A DNA stretch of 64,000 nucleotides from Somniosus microcephalus. Lineage: Eukaryota. The translations under genes and the position numbers were made by a program. The notes under the pieces are model-generated. The model saw nothing but the letters and a program-made list of their open reading frames with translations, was not told the origin of the DNA and ran no database searches. Every line of letters begins with the position of its first letter. Position 1 is the stretch's first letter. Where the stretch lies: NCBI GenBank assembly GCA_052327205.1, contig CM126208.1:109492001-109556000 (forward strand), read 5' to 3'. Shown here one piece after another: positions 1 through 12,653 of this stretch.

Positions 1-1902
1 GGGGAACATAGGGTCTGATGAAAGGGAGGAACTGAAAGAAATCAGTATTTGTAGGGAAATGGTGTTAGGGAAATTGATGGGATTGAAGGCCGATAAATCC
101 CCAGGGCCTGATAATCTACATCCTAGGGTACTTAAGGAAGTGGCCCTAGAAATAGTAGATGAATTGCTGATCATCTTCCAACATTCGATGGAATCTAGAA
201 CAGTACCCATGGATTGGAGGGTAGCTAATGTTACCCCACTATTCAAAAAAGGTGGTAGAGAGAAAACAGGGAATTACAGACCGGTAAGCCTGACATCGGT
301 AGTGGGGAAAATGCTAGAGTCCATTATAAAAGATGTAATAGCAGATCACTTGGAAAACAGTGACAGGATCGGACAAAGTCAACATGGATTTACAGAAGGT
401 AAATCGTGCTTGACTAATCTACTGGAATTTTTTGAGGATGTAACTAGTAAAATAGATCAGGGAGAACCAGTGGATGTGGTGTATTTGGACTTTCAGAAGG
501 CTTTCGATAAGGTCCCGCATAAGATATTAGCGTGTAAAGTTAAGGCACATGGGATTGGGGCAAGGTATTGACTTGGATAGAGAACTAGTTGGCAGATAGA
601 AAGCAAAGAGTTGGAATAAACGGGTCTTTTTCCAAGTGGCAGGCAGTGACTAGTGGGGTACCACAGGGATTGGTCCTTGGACCCAGCTATTCACAATATA
701 TATTAATGATCTAGACAAGGGAACTGGATGTAATATCTCCAAATTTGCAGATGACACAAAGCTGGGTGGACGTGTGTGCTGTGAGGAGGATGCCAAAAAC
801 TACAGGATGATTTGGACAGGTTGGGTGATTGGGCAGATGCAATATAACGTGGATAAATGTGAGGTTATCCACTTTGGTGTCAAAAGCAGGAAGGCAGATT
901 ATTATCTGAATGGCAATAGATTGGGAGAAGGGGAAGTACAATGAGACCTGGGTGTCCTTGTGCAGCAGTCGCTGAAGGTAAGCATGCAGGTGCAGCAGGC
1001 GGTTAAGAAGGCAAATGGTATGTTGACCTTCATAGCGAGAGGGTTTGAGTACAGGATCAAGGATGTCTTGCTGCAGTTGTACAGGGCCTTGGTGAGACCA
1101 CACCTTGAGTATTGTGTGCAGTTTTGGTCGCCTTATCTGAGGAAGGATATTCTTGCCATGGAAGGAGTTCAGCGAAGATTCACCAGGCTGATACCTGGGA
1201 TGGCAGGAATGACGTAGGAGGAGAGATTGGGTCGATTGGGCTTGTACTCGCTGGAGTTTAGAAGAATAAGGGGGGATCTCATTGAAACTTATAAAATTCT
1301 GACAGGACTGGACAGACTAGATGCAGGGAGGATGTTCCCGATGGTCGGGGAATCAAGAACCAGGGGTCACAGTCTAAGGATAAGGGGTAGGCCTTTTAGG
1401 ACAGAAATGAGGAGGAATTTCTTCACCCAGAGAGTGGTGAACCTGTGGAATTCTCTACCACAGAAGGCAGTAGAGGCCAATTCATTAAATATATTCAAGA
1501 AGGAGTTGGATATATTTCTTAAGGCTAAAGGGATCAAGGGATATGGGGAGAAAGCAGGGACAGGGTGTCATAAATCTCATCATCGAGAAACTACCTATGC
1601 AATAACACTGGATGGCCAGCTGGTGGCGCCGTCCAAGGAGTATAAATACTCGGGCATTGGCCCCAGCTTGCCTGGGACATTTTGTAAAGACAAGGGAGCT
1701 AGTGGATACAACTAGACTTCCATGTTCTGAAATAAGTTGATTAAAGCCTTGCTTTATGCTGAAACCAAGTGCATAGTGAGTTTTATTACGTCACAGGGTA
1801 CTGAGTTTGGATGATCAACCATGATCGCATTGAATGGCAGAGCAGGCTCGAGGGGCTGAATGGCCTACTCCTGCTCCTATCTTCTATGTTTCTATGTTTC
1901 TC
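1..1902 (+). mobile_element. CR1/HER1-type LINE, degenerate ORF2 (RT and C-terminus) plus 3' tail; interrupted by solo LTR
   Basis: KSPGPD, NYRPVSLTSV, QHGF, YLDFQKAFDKV, FADD, RPHLEYCVQFWSP motifs with stops/frameshifts; (TCTATGTT)n tail near 1882-1900. Confidence 0.95.
1566..1793 (+). mobile_element. Solo LTR (228 bp)
   Basis: TG...CA termini, 5-bp TSD CAGGG (1561-1565, 1794-1798), TATAAATA at 1641, ATTAAA near 1740; removal restores host CR1 sequence GGGACAGGGTACTG. Confidence 0.85.
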
Positions 1903-2103
1903 TAGTCTCTCCACGTAGCTGAAGTCTTTAATTCCTGGTACCATTCTAGTAAATCTCCTTTGCACCCTTTCTAAGGCCTTGACATCCTTCCTAAACTGTG
2001 GTGCCCAGAATTGGATACAATACTCCAGCTGGGGCCTAACCAGTGTTTTATAAAGGTTTAGCATAACTTTCTTGCTTTTCTACTCTATTCCTCTATTTAT
2101 AAA

Positions 2104-3342
2104 TGTAAGAAGTCACACAACACCAGGTTATAGTCCAACAGTTTTATTTGAAATCACAAGCTTTCGGAGTGCTGCTCCTTCGTCAGGTGAAGTGGAGAGA
2201 TGCATAAAGACACAGCTTATATAGTCAGAGAATAATGCCAGACGATTACAGGTAATCTTTCTAACTACTATTTATCACACCTCGGCAGAGAGATAATCAC
2301 AGCGATCAAAGGTGTGAATGGTGTCCAAACAGGTTAGTCAGGAAAACATTACATCAAAGAACAATGAGGTGGGGTCACAAGGGGTCAAATGTTGCAGATG
2401 CTGGGGTCTGTATGAAAAACAAAAAACAGACCGAAAAACTTTTTTTTGCTGGAAATCACAGCAGGTCCGACCGCATCTGTGTAGAGAGAACAAGCCAACG
2501 ACGACTCGAGTCTGGGTGACCCTACGTCAGGTGGGGTTACATGTAGCATGACATGAACCCAAGATCGCGGTTGAGGCCGTCCTCATGAGTGCGGAACTTG
2601 GCTATCAGTTTCTGCTCGACGATTTTGCGTTGTCGTGTGTCTCGAAGGCCGCCTTGGAGAATGCTTACCTGAAGATCGGAGGCTGAATGTCCTTGACTGC
2701 TGAAGTGTTCCCTGACTGGGAGGGAACACTCCTGCCTGGCGATTGGTGCGCGGCGGCCTTCGAGACACACGACAACGCAAAATCGTCGCGCAGAAACTGA
2801 TAGCCAAGTTCCGCACTCATGAGGACAGCCTCAACCGCGATCTTGGGTTCATGTCACGCTACATGTAACCCCACCTGACGTAGGGTCACCCAGACTCAAG
2901 TCGTCATTGGCTTGTTCTCTCTACACAGATGCGGCTGGATCTGCTGTGATTTCCAGCAAAAAAAATGTTTTTCGGTCTGTTTTTTGTTTTTCATACAGAC
3001 CCCAGCATCTGCAACATTTGACCCCTTGTGACCCCACCTCATTGTTCTTTGATGTAATGTTTTCCTGACTAACCTGTTTGGACACCATTCACACCTTTGA
3101 TTGCTGTGATTATCTCTCTGCCGAGGTGCGACAAATAGCAGTTAGAAAGATTACCTGTAATCGTCTGGCATTATTCTCTGACTATATAAGCTGTGTCTTT
3201 ATGCATCTCTCCACTTCACCTGACGAAGGAGCAGCGCTCCAAAAGCTTGTGATTTCAAATAAAACTGTTGGACTATAACCTGGTGTTGTGTGACTTCTTA
3301 CATTTGTCCACCCCAGTCCAACTCCGGCATCTCCACACAATG
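2104..3342. mobile_element. Penelope-like element 3' end with inverted pseudo-LTR arms
   Basis: About 550-bp inverted repeat (2101-2653 vs 2752-3305); GIY-YIG C-terminal peptide LPVREHFSSQGHSASDLQVSILQGG...EQKLIAKFRTHEDGLNRD; flanking duplication TCTATTTATAAA (2092-2103, 3343-3354). Confidence 0.85.
2155..2189 (-). ncRNA. Minimal type I hammerhead ribozyme motif in PLE pseudo-LTR
   Basis: Minus strand CAC-CUGACGA-A-GGAG(CAGCA)CUCC-GAAA-GCUU-GUG: intact core, stem I, stem II, palindromic AAGCUU in place of stem III. Confidence 0.7.
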
Positions 3343-4373
3343 TCTATTTATAAAGTTAAGGATCTTGTATGCTTTTTTAACAGCCTTCTCAACTTGTCCT
3401 GCCACCTTCAAAGGTTTGTGTATATACATCCCCAGCTCTCTCTATTCCTGCACTCCCTTTAAAATTGTACCATTTAGTTTATATTGCCTCTCCTCATTCT
3501 TCCTACCAAAATAAATCACTTCACACTTCTCTGCATTAAATTTCATCTGCCCATTTCACCAGTTTGTCCATGTCCTCCTGAAATCTAATACTATCCTCCT
3601 CACAGTTTACTACATTCCTGAGTTTCATGTCATCTGCAAACTTTGAAATTATGCCCTGTAATGTCCAAGTCATTAATATATATCAAAAAGAGCAGTGGTC
3701 CCATGCATACTTCCCTCCTGTCTGAAAAACAACCGTTCACCACAATTCTCTGCTTTCTGTCCCTTAGCCACTTTTGTATCCATGCAGCCTTTAATCCCAT
3801 GGCTTCAATGTTGCAACAAGTCTATAATGTGGTACTTTATGAAACGCCTTTTTGAAAGTCCATATGTACAACATCAACCGCACGACCCTCATCAAACCTA
3901 AAAGAACCAGTAGCTGTAGAGAAAAGCATAGCTGCAAGAGTTATACCGTGTTATACTGCGGGCTGTGTATTACATTCTACCCACCATAAGAGAACTCTGC
4001 ACACACATGCTTGCATGGAGGTACAATTCTCTGTCCTTGGCATGTATTGAGAATGCAGGCAGACGCATTCGCTTTCTCCTAACAGTCAAAAGACTCGACA
4101 GTTAGTTTAGAAAGTGCCAAGGAAGTCCAACAGATTGTCTGAGCACCTTTTTGAACACAGCTTCACTTCACATTCTGCCACGCTCAAACGAAAAGAGATG
4201 GCTTCCCTGAGAGAGTCTCGTCCCATTTCATTTTAGTGTATTCTGGAGTAGGATTATTTTGCCAGTTTTACATCAATGAGCATTTGAAACCATTTAGCAT
4301 CAATGTGAAAGTGGCGGTACACTGAACCTGAAGACACACCTACTTCATCAGCTCAAATATCAATGCCCAAAAC

Positions 4374-4875
4374 ACAACAACATGTATTTATATGGCACCT
4401 TTATTATAGAAAACATCCCAAGACACTTAACAGGAGCATTATCAAACAAAATTTGATGCCGAGCCACATAAAGAGATATTAGGACAGGTTGGTCACAGAG
4501 GTAGGTTTTAAGGAGCGTCTTGAAGGAGGAGAGGTGGAGAGTTTTAGGGGGGAATTCCAGAACTTAGGGCCTAGGTAGCTGAAGGCATGGTCGCCAATGG
4601 TGGAGCAATGGAAATCGGGGATGCGCAAGAGGCCAGAATTAGAGGAGCGCCGCGATCTCGGCATTTTGTAGGGCTGGAGGTAACAGAGGTGGGGTGAGGC
4701 GAGGTCATGGAGGGATTTGAACATAAGGATAAGAATTTTTAATTCGAGGCGTTATCGGACCGGGAGCCAATGTAGGTCACTGAGCACATGGGTGATGGGT
4801 GAATGAGACTTGGTGCGAGTTAGGATACGGGCAGCAAAATTTTGGATGAGCTGAAGTTTAGTGGGAGGATGGTCA
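4374..4875 (-). mobile_element. L2-clade LINE 3' fragment
   Basis: FKSLHDLASPHL...RSSNSGLLRIP...TIGDHAFSYLGPKFWNS is L2 ORF2 C-terminus-like; L2-like 3' tail ending in (TTG)n. Confidence 0.8.
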
Positions 4876-4937
4876 AGACTTCACAAACACCTCATGTACT
4901 CAGGTAGTGATGCTCCAAAGTACGCAGGTGCCACATA

Positions 4938-5356
4938 GAAAGAAAGAAGTTCCATTTTTATTGCACCTTTCCTGTCCTCGGGATGTTCCAAAGCACTCCT
5001 CTGCCAATTAACTGTTTCTGAAGTGTAGTCATTGTTGTTAAGTAGGCAAACATGTTAGCCTTGCTCACAGCAGGAACCCACAAACAGCAATGAGGTAAAT
5101 AACAGGTGGTGTTGGTTCGAGGATACATTTTGGCCAGGTTACCAGGAGAAATCCCCTGCTCTTCTTTGAATAGTGCCATGGGATATTTGATGTCCAACTA
5201 AACAGGCAGATGGGTTTAATATCTCATCTGGAAGGCAGCATCTCTGAAAATACAGTACACCCTCTGTACTGCACTGAAGTATCAGCCTAGATTACACACT
5301 CAATTCTTGCAGTGAGGCTTGAACTGAGAGACAAAAGTGTTATCACTGAGCCAAGC
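4938..5356 (-). mobile_element. Deu-domain SINE (SacSINE1-like)
   Basis: Core CCCCTGCTCTTCTTTGAATAGTGCCATGGGAT...GTTTAATATCTCATCTGGAAGGCAGCA; homologous to copies near 22.7 kb and 37.4 kb; family name from memory. Confidence 0.7.
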
Positions 5357-5777
5357 ATACTTGATATTCAGCTATTGATACCTTAAAATACACATACACT
5401 TGATGAAGTCAGATACTGATGCTCAGATTTCCTCCCTTGCGGAAGTAATTTCCACTGCATTTCATTAATCCTTTGGGATTCATGCTATAATTGTTGCATC
5501 ATATCCCAAAATACTAAAATGGGAGAATTTATAAAGCCATTAATAATGAACATTAAAACAGAAACAAAAACAGAAAATGCTGGAAATACACATCAGCATA
5601 GTCGCCATAAAAGTTATACTCAAAATATTTATCTGTCTTCTCCTTTCAGGTGTTGATGAACGTACTGTGCATTTTCAGCATTTTCTATTTTTGTTTCAGA
5701 TTTCCAGCAGTCATTATTTTTCTTTTCATCTCTTAAAGTGATATGTCCAATATAGTGTATATTAAATATTTGGACAT

Positions 5778-6272
5778 ATGGGGGGCTGGGGAATTTGACC
5801 TCCACCCAAAACTAGCATGAAATGGTCATGCCACCTGCCCAAAGCTGGCGTTGGGAAGCCAGAACCATATCTGGGGAGGACGGCAAATTGAATGGCTCCC
5901 AGAGAGAGCCAGCTGGCAGGTCAGGTCTGTGGAGGGGGTGGGGGGGGGGGGGGAGGAGGAGGTTTGTGGTTGGGGGTGAGGGTGAGGGTGAGAGAGCTGG
6001 AGGGGGGGTGCAGCTGATGTATGCAGCATGCGCTAGACCAATTTGTACCTGAAAATTACAATCAGGGCCCTAATTTACATATTTAAGCAGCCTTACACCT
6101 GTTTCAGGTGGGCATGTAGGTTGCATGCCCATTTATAGGCCCACCTGAAAATTGCATCAGGTGGACCTTAGACATCAATGGGGCAGCCTAGGTGCTCCCC
6201 CAGTTTTCAACTGCTAGCCACCTGTTTTTTAGGTGAGAAATAGGCAGCTGTTAGTTGAAAATTGCCTCCATA
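5778..6272. mobile_element. Probable non-autonomous DNA transposon remnant
   Basis: GC-rich block with GGGG..AATTT / AAATTGCCTCC-type ends resembling Harbinger-family termini; heavily decayed. Confidence 0.35.
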
Positions 6273-6747
6273 TTCTTTATTCTCAGGCTCTGAAATGATA
6301 AATAAGAGCGCATCAGTTTTTTGTAACATTATTAGTACAGTAAATGGAACTTTTTCATTTCTATCAAATGTGTGCAAGAAATCCAAGCACATTGGGGACA
6401 TGACTTCCTTGTTACATTTAATTATCACAGTGAGTTGTGTATTACTATCAAGCAACAGAGGCATGTAAGCATGCTCAGTGAATTTACAAAGCAGCACAAT
6501 TTATTGAACTTTCACAGCATCTATCATTTTAAACTATCTATCAATTAAGAGAAAACTGTAACAAATTGAAGACAAAAGAAATAAAAATGAAAGATACGTG
6601 TGTTGAAACAATATTCAGAATTTAGTTTATTGCATCTAGCAAAACACAATGGTGGACTTAAACCTTCAAGATTCTCTTTGAACTCAATGTAGCACCAGAT
6701 TTTTCATATCAAATCCATCCACTGCATTTATGCTTAATTCAACTTAC

Positions 6748-6859
6748 ATGTGCAAGTCGATCAAATCTTGCAAACAGTTCATTCAGCATCCTCACCAGTT
6801 CCTGTGCAGACAGGGTTGTAGAAAGGTTGGTAAAACCTTTCACGTCTGCAAAGAGAATG
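6748..6859 (-). CDS. ADCY8: ADCY8 coding exon 4 (start of C1a catalytic domain)
   Basis: Read manually (absent from ORF track): (S)[37 protein letters not shown]; acceptor TTTTATTTAG, donor GTAAGT; 112 bp; phase matches exon 3. Confidence 0.96.
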
Positions 6860-7460
6860 CTAAATAAAATATAGAAAATATTGCATTAATATTTCTTTGT
6901 TCGGTAAATAGGATAGCTACATTTCAATGATTAATACAGTCAGTTTAAGTTATTTTATTCACATTTTGTTACCACCAGGCAGCTTTTCAGTTCTCTTGGA
7001 GGTCCATTTCAAAATTTGCTTCCATTTCAAAATTTGCATCTCTCATATTTTTGGAGCTTTCTATCTCTACTGCTGTGAACATGCAGCTGGGAGAGCAATT
7101 GGGACTGTACTCTTTATCATGGATTGCATAATTTAAATGTTCAGGACGAAGGCCAACCATTTCCATTCCTCACTGCCAGCCAGCAATGGTGACAGGCCTA
7201 CTTTACTAGCTGTTTAAGCAAGTTTAAAATCTAAAGGACCATGCAAGTCATGCAAGCCTCACTAACATGATAGTCAGATATTAAAAGAGTCTGACCATTT
7301 TCAATGCATTTTAACTCCTTTGTAACTAATATGCAGGATCATTTTAAAAAGGAAAATAAAGAAAAACTGTTGGTTAGAATCCTGGATGGAAGACTTGACC
7401 TCTTTGGGCAAGATTGTTTTTTTATCAAACAAAGCTACTAATAGCAAATAGAGTTCTTAC

Positions 7461-7591
7461 CTCACATTTTCATAGCGATGTATGTAGATTTTATGAAACT
7501 GGTGCTGTAAATGTTCATCTTCCACGTTTGACATGTCATTAATCATCTCCAATACAACAAACCGTGGCAAGACTGAAAGAACCAGCCTCTC
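7461..7591 (-). CDS. ADCY8: ADCY8 coding exon 3
   Basis: [43 protein letters not shown](S); acceptor TTTTTTTTACATAATTAAG, donor GTAAGA; 131 bp. Confidence 0.96.
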
Positions 7592-8068
7592 CTTAATTAT
7601 GTAAAAAAAACACATGCACACGTGGATATCATTAGCAATTATAGGCAATATATTCAGAGAGGATTTGTTAGATTTGGAAGAAATGTAGTTAATACATGCA
7701 CAACAACCTTCTCCGCCCTCTTCAAGAGTATTCATTCTGGCTGAAAAGGATGACATACCTTTTCAACTGTCACACAATGATTTAAATTCAGCTTTTCTTC
7801 TACTCAATATACTCTTGTAAAAATAATCAATGTAATGACCCCTGTTCAATTTCCCCATATTTTTTTAACATGTTTATTTCTCTCGCTCTCTTTTGGCATC
7901 CCAGGCCTACGTATTTCCCAGCAGGCAGGACACAGATGCTCTTATAATTGTGATTGAGGGTCTTTTTTTCTCTCTCTTTATGGGGAAGCCCTTAAATTCC
8001 ACTCAGTGGAGGTAATGTAATGTTTGATGATGGTGTAAGATGGGGGATATCAAATTATACACCACACC

Positions 8069-8670
8069 TGGGCCGCGATTTTGCTGACCTCAGCGGATCC
8101 GTGGCGGGCTACATCGGTGGTGGGTCTCGACCCCACTGCTGTCTACATCCCGGCCTCTGAAATGAATTTACCGTGATTGGGCTTGTTAAGCCCGCCCAGC
8201 GCATTTCCCGGCCAATTAGAGGAAGCGGGTCTGATGCCGTCATTTGATGCCGCGTCATCAGCCAGTTTCCTTTAAGGGACCATGGCCAACTTTATTTTGA
8301 CATTTGTGCTGTCAGTATTCTACAGCACTGAGGTGATGCAAACACTGACAATCACTGCACAGAGGTGCACGGCTGCACCCAGGCTCTCCCATGACTCCCT
8401 CCATATGCTTATGGAGGGAGTCACAGAACGCAAGGAGGTCCTCTTCCCTTCCCATGGCCGGAGGTGACCTCCTCAGGACACCAAAGCAGCCTGGTTGCAC
8501 ATTGCAGAGGAGGGCACAAGCAGGGATGTGGTCAGGAGGACTTGGGTGCAGTGCCACAAACATTTCAATTATCTAATTAGATCACAAAATGTTAGTACAA
8601 AGCCACACTCAACCTCATCCTGCTGTGCCTCTCATCACATCCCCATCACTCTGCCTCCCCTACCCTACTC
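8069..8670 (+). mobile_element. Harbinger-family remnant: left end and Myb/SANT-like gene fragment
   Basis: Terminus GGGCCGCGATTTTGC; AAPRLSHDSLHMLMEGVTERKEVLFP...AWLHIAEE...RRTWVQCHKHFNYL resembles the Myb/SANT gene at 25891. Confidence 0.7.
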
Positions 8671-8929
8671 CTAGAATCATAGAATGGTTACACCTGGATC
8701 ATTATTCTGTCACATTCTTAGCAAGAATTATTTGTAAATGATGCATTTTAGGCCTCATAGTTCTTATATGAGATCAGCACGGTCATTCCTCTCCCCCTGA
8801 TTACGAGTTTTATTGCTAAAGGAGAATACTGTAATATGGGCTAAGCTGCAAGCGTGCAGCGATGTCACTTACTTAACATTCTCAAGAGAAAATAAAAAGA
8901 GATGTAATGAAAATCTTGGATGTCTAAAT

Positions 8930-11900
8930 AAGTGAGCACAGTATACTTGTTGGGAACCTGTGCAGGGAGATAGAGGAAAGGAAAGCAAGGATAGAAGCAA
9001 AAGACAGGAAGGAGAAAAGCAAAAGTGGCAGTCAGAGAAATCAAGGGTGTAAATCAAACATGGCCACAGTAAATAATAATTCTAAAAGGTTTAAGAGTGT
9101 TAAAAAAAAGCCTGAAGGCTTTGTGTCCTAATGCGAGGAACATTCATAAGGTGGATAAATTAGCTGCGCAAATAGATGTAAACGGATATGATATAATTGG
9201 GAATACGGAGACATGGCTCCAGGGTGACCAAGGCTGGGAATTCAACATCCAGGGGTATTCAATATTCAGGAAAGACGGCAAAAAGGAAAAGGAGGTGGGA
9301 TAGCATTGCTGGTTAAAGAGGAGATTAACACAATCATAAGGAAGGATATTAGCTCTGATGTGGAATCTGTATGGGTAGAGCTGAGAAATACCAAGGGGCA
9401 GGAAAACATTGTGGGAATTGTACACAGACCCCCAAACAGTAATGCTGTGGTTGAGGATGGCATTAAATGGGAAATTTGAGACACGTACAATAAGGGCATA
9501 GCAGTTATGGATGACTTTAATCTACATATAGATTGGGCAAACCAAATTAGTAACAATACTGTGGAGGAGGAATTCCTAGAGTGTATACGGGATGGTTTCC
9601 TGGACCAATATGTCGAAGAACCAACAAGAGATCAGGCCATTTTAGACTGTAATGAGAAAGCATTAATGAGCAATCTTGTTGTGTGAGGCCCCTTGGGGAG
9701 GAGCGATCATAATATGATCGAAAACTTCATTAATACGGAGAGTGAAATAGTTGACTCAGAGACCAGGGTCCTGAATTTAAATAAAGGAAACTACGATGGT
9801 ATGAGGTGCAAGTTGGCTTGGACGGATTGGGGAATGTTACTTAAAGGGTTGACGGTGGATGGGCAATGGCAAACATTTAAAGATTGTATGGATGAACTAC
9901 AGAATTTGTTCATCCCTGTTTGGCATCAAAATAAAACAAAAAAGGTGACTCAACCGTGGCTAACAAGGGAAATTAGGGATAGCATAAGATCCAAGGAGAG
10001 GACATATAAATTGGCCAGAAAAAGCAGCAAACCTGAGGATTGGGAGCAGTTTAGGATTCAGCAAAGGAGCACAAAGGGATTAATTAAGAGGGGGAAAATA
10101 GAGTATGAGAGTAAGCTTTCAGGGAACATAAAAACTGACTGAAAAAGCTTCTATAGATATGTGAAGAGAAAAAGATTGGTGAAGTCAAGCATAGGTCCCT
10201 TGCAGTCAGAATCAGGGGAATTAATAATGGGGAACAAAGAAATAGCAGACCAATTAAATACATACTTTGGTTCTGGCTTCACAAAGGAGGGCACAAATAA
10301 CCACCCAGAGATGTCGGGGAACATAGGATCTAAGGAGAGGGAGGCGCTGAATGAAATCAGTATTTGTAGGGAAATGGTGTTAGGGAAATTGATGGGATTG
10401 AAGGCCTGATAATCTACATCCTAGGGTACTTAAGGAAGTGGCCCTAGAAATAGTAGATGCATTGCTGGTCATCTTCCAAAATTCTATAGACTCTGGAACA
10501 GTTCCCATGGATTGGAGGGTAGCTAATGTAACCCCACTATTTAAAAAAGGTGGTAGAGAGAAAACGGTAGTGGGGAAAATGCTAGAGTCCATTATAAAAG
10601 ATGTAATAGCAGAGCACTTGGAAAACAGTGACAGGATGGGACAAAGTCAACATGGATTTACAAAAGGTAAATCATGCTTGACTAATCTACTGGAATTTTT
10701 TGAGGATGTAACTGGCAGAATAGTTAAGGGAGAACCAGTGGATGTGGTGTATTTGGACTTTCAGAAGGCTTTCGATAAGGTCCCGCATAAGAAATTAGCA
10801 TGCAAAGTTAAAGCACATGGGATTGAGGGTAAGGTACTGACTTGAATAGAGAACTGGTTGGCAGACAGGAGGGAAAGAGTTGGAATAAATGGGTCTTTTT
10901 CCAAGTGGCAGGCAGTGACTAGTGGGTTACCACAGGGATCGGTGCTAGGACCCCAGCTATTCACAATATATATTAATGATCTAGACGAGGGAACTAGATG
11001 TAATATCTCCAAGTTTGCAGATGACACAAAGCTGGGTGGGCATGTGTGCTGTGAGGAGGATGCAGAGAAACTCCAGTATGATTTGGACAGGTTGGGTGAT
11101 TGGGCAGATGCATGGCAGATGCAGTATAATGTGGATAAATGCGAGATTATCCACTTTGGTGGCAAAAACAGGAAGACAGATTATTATCTGAATGGCAATA
11201 GATTGGGAGAAGGGGAAGTGCAACGAGACCTGGGTGTCCTTGTGCACCAGTCGCTGAAGTAAGCATGCAGGTGCAGCAAGTGGTTAAGAAGGCAAATAGT
11301 ATGTTGGCCTTCATAGCGAGAGGATTCGATTACAGGAGCACGGCTGTCTTGCTGCAGTTGTACAGGGCCTTGGTGAGACCACACCTTGAGTATTGTGTGC
11401 AGTTTTGGTCACCTTATCTGAGGAAGGATGTTCTTGCCATGGAGGGAGTGCAGTGAAGATTCACCAGACTGATACCTGGGATGGCAGGAATGACGTATGA
11501 AGAGAGATTGGGTCGTCTGGGCTTATATTGGCTAGATTTTAGAAGAATGAGAGGGGATCTCATTAAAACTTATAAAATTCTAACAGGACTAGACAGACTA
11601 GATGCAGGAAGGATGTTCACGATGGCAGGGGAGTCCAGAACCAGGGGTCACAGTCTAAGGATAAGGGGTAAGCCATTTAGGACTGAGATGAGGAGGAATT
11701 TCGTCACCCAGAGAGTGGTGAACCTGTGGAATTCTCTGCCACAGAAGGCAGTTGAGGCCAATTCATTAAATATATTCAAGAAGGAGTTAGCTATTTTTCT
11801 TAAGGCTAAAGGGATCAAGGGATATGGGGAGAAAGCAGGGACAGGGTACTGAATTTGGATGATCAGCCATGATCTCATTAAATGGCAGAACAGGCTCGAG

Positions 11901-11945
11901 GGGCCGAATGGCCTACTCCTGCTCCTATCTTCTATGTTTCTATGA
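8930..11945 (+). mobile_element. CR1/HER1 LINE, near-complete decayed ORF2 (APE endonuclease and RT) in ADCY8 intron 2
   Basis: NAR, ETWL, SDHN, QHGF, PQGSVLGP, FADD motifs across broken ORFs; (TCTATGTT)n tail. Confidence 0.95.
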
Positions 11946-12653
11946 ACGGAGAAAAAAGAAATAGATGAGGAACATTCACAATAACTAAATGAAAAGGTTA
12001 CTTAATAATATAACAAAAGGAATGGATTTGCCACTGAAATTTAGTTTCCCATTAATAATGTTCTTAATACACCAACATGCACATGAATTTGCATTTCAAA
12101 GTAAGCTCAGTATTGATTGTAACTCAGCAAAATAATTCTTGCCGTATTATAGATTAAATGAGAAGCAAAGCTGAGTTGTACCTCTAATAAAAATGTAGAA
12201 TTCTTATCCTTACATATCTTTGCAATTTTAATTGAAGATAAAATAAATTCACCAGAATGCCTCATTAACCCTGACAGCTGTGATGATGTACCTTATGAGA
12301 TGCATTTATATCTGGCGTGATTGGAGAGAAGGATATGTAAGCACAATATATATAATCAGTGAATTTACTTCCTCAACCACAAAATGTTAACAGATATCCT
12401 TTTATCTGACCTTCACAAATTACAGATAGTTTTAAAGAGGTTTCTACCTGCGAATGTTAATGGTGAATGAGTAGCAGCATATCATCTTTTTTCATTAGTT
12501 TGCAATTGAAAATATCAACCTTTGAGTAGTGCTCCAGAATGATCACCCTCCCAACACTTCATAGAATAGACAATTTTTTTTAATCAGTTTGAATAAAAAT
12601 TGATGTTAGAAGCAGAATGACTGGAGTGGTGGGGGAACTGGATTACACAATGC

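Larger units (their letters stand above)
1903..3900 (-). mobile_element. CR1 LINE fragment (RT/C-terminal), split by a Penelope-like insertion
   Basis: MLNLYKTLVRPQLEYCIQFWAPQFRKD at 2064-1903; RT sequence resumes at 3343-3900. Confidence 0.85.

Noticed and set aside
1-6747. ADCY8 exon 5 (expected ...LRIKILGDCYYC...)
   Set aside because: No such coding sequence found by eye on the minus strand; it probably lies beyond the window
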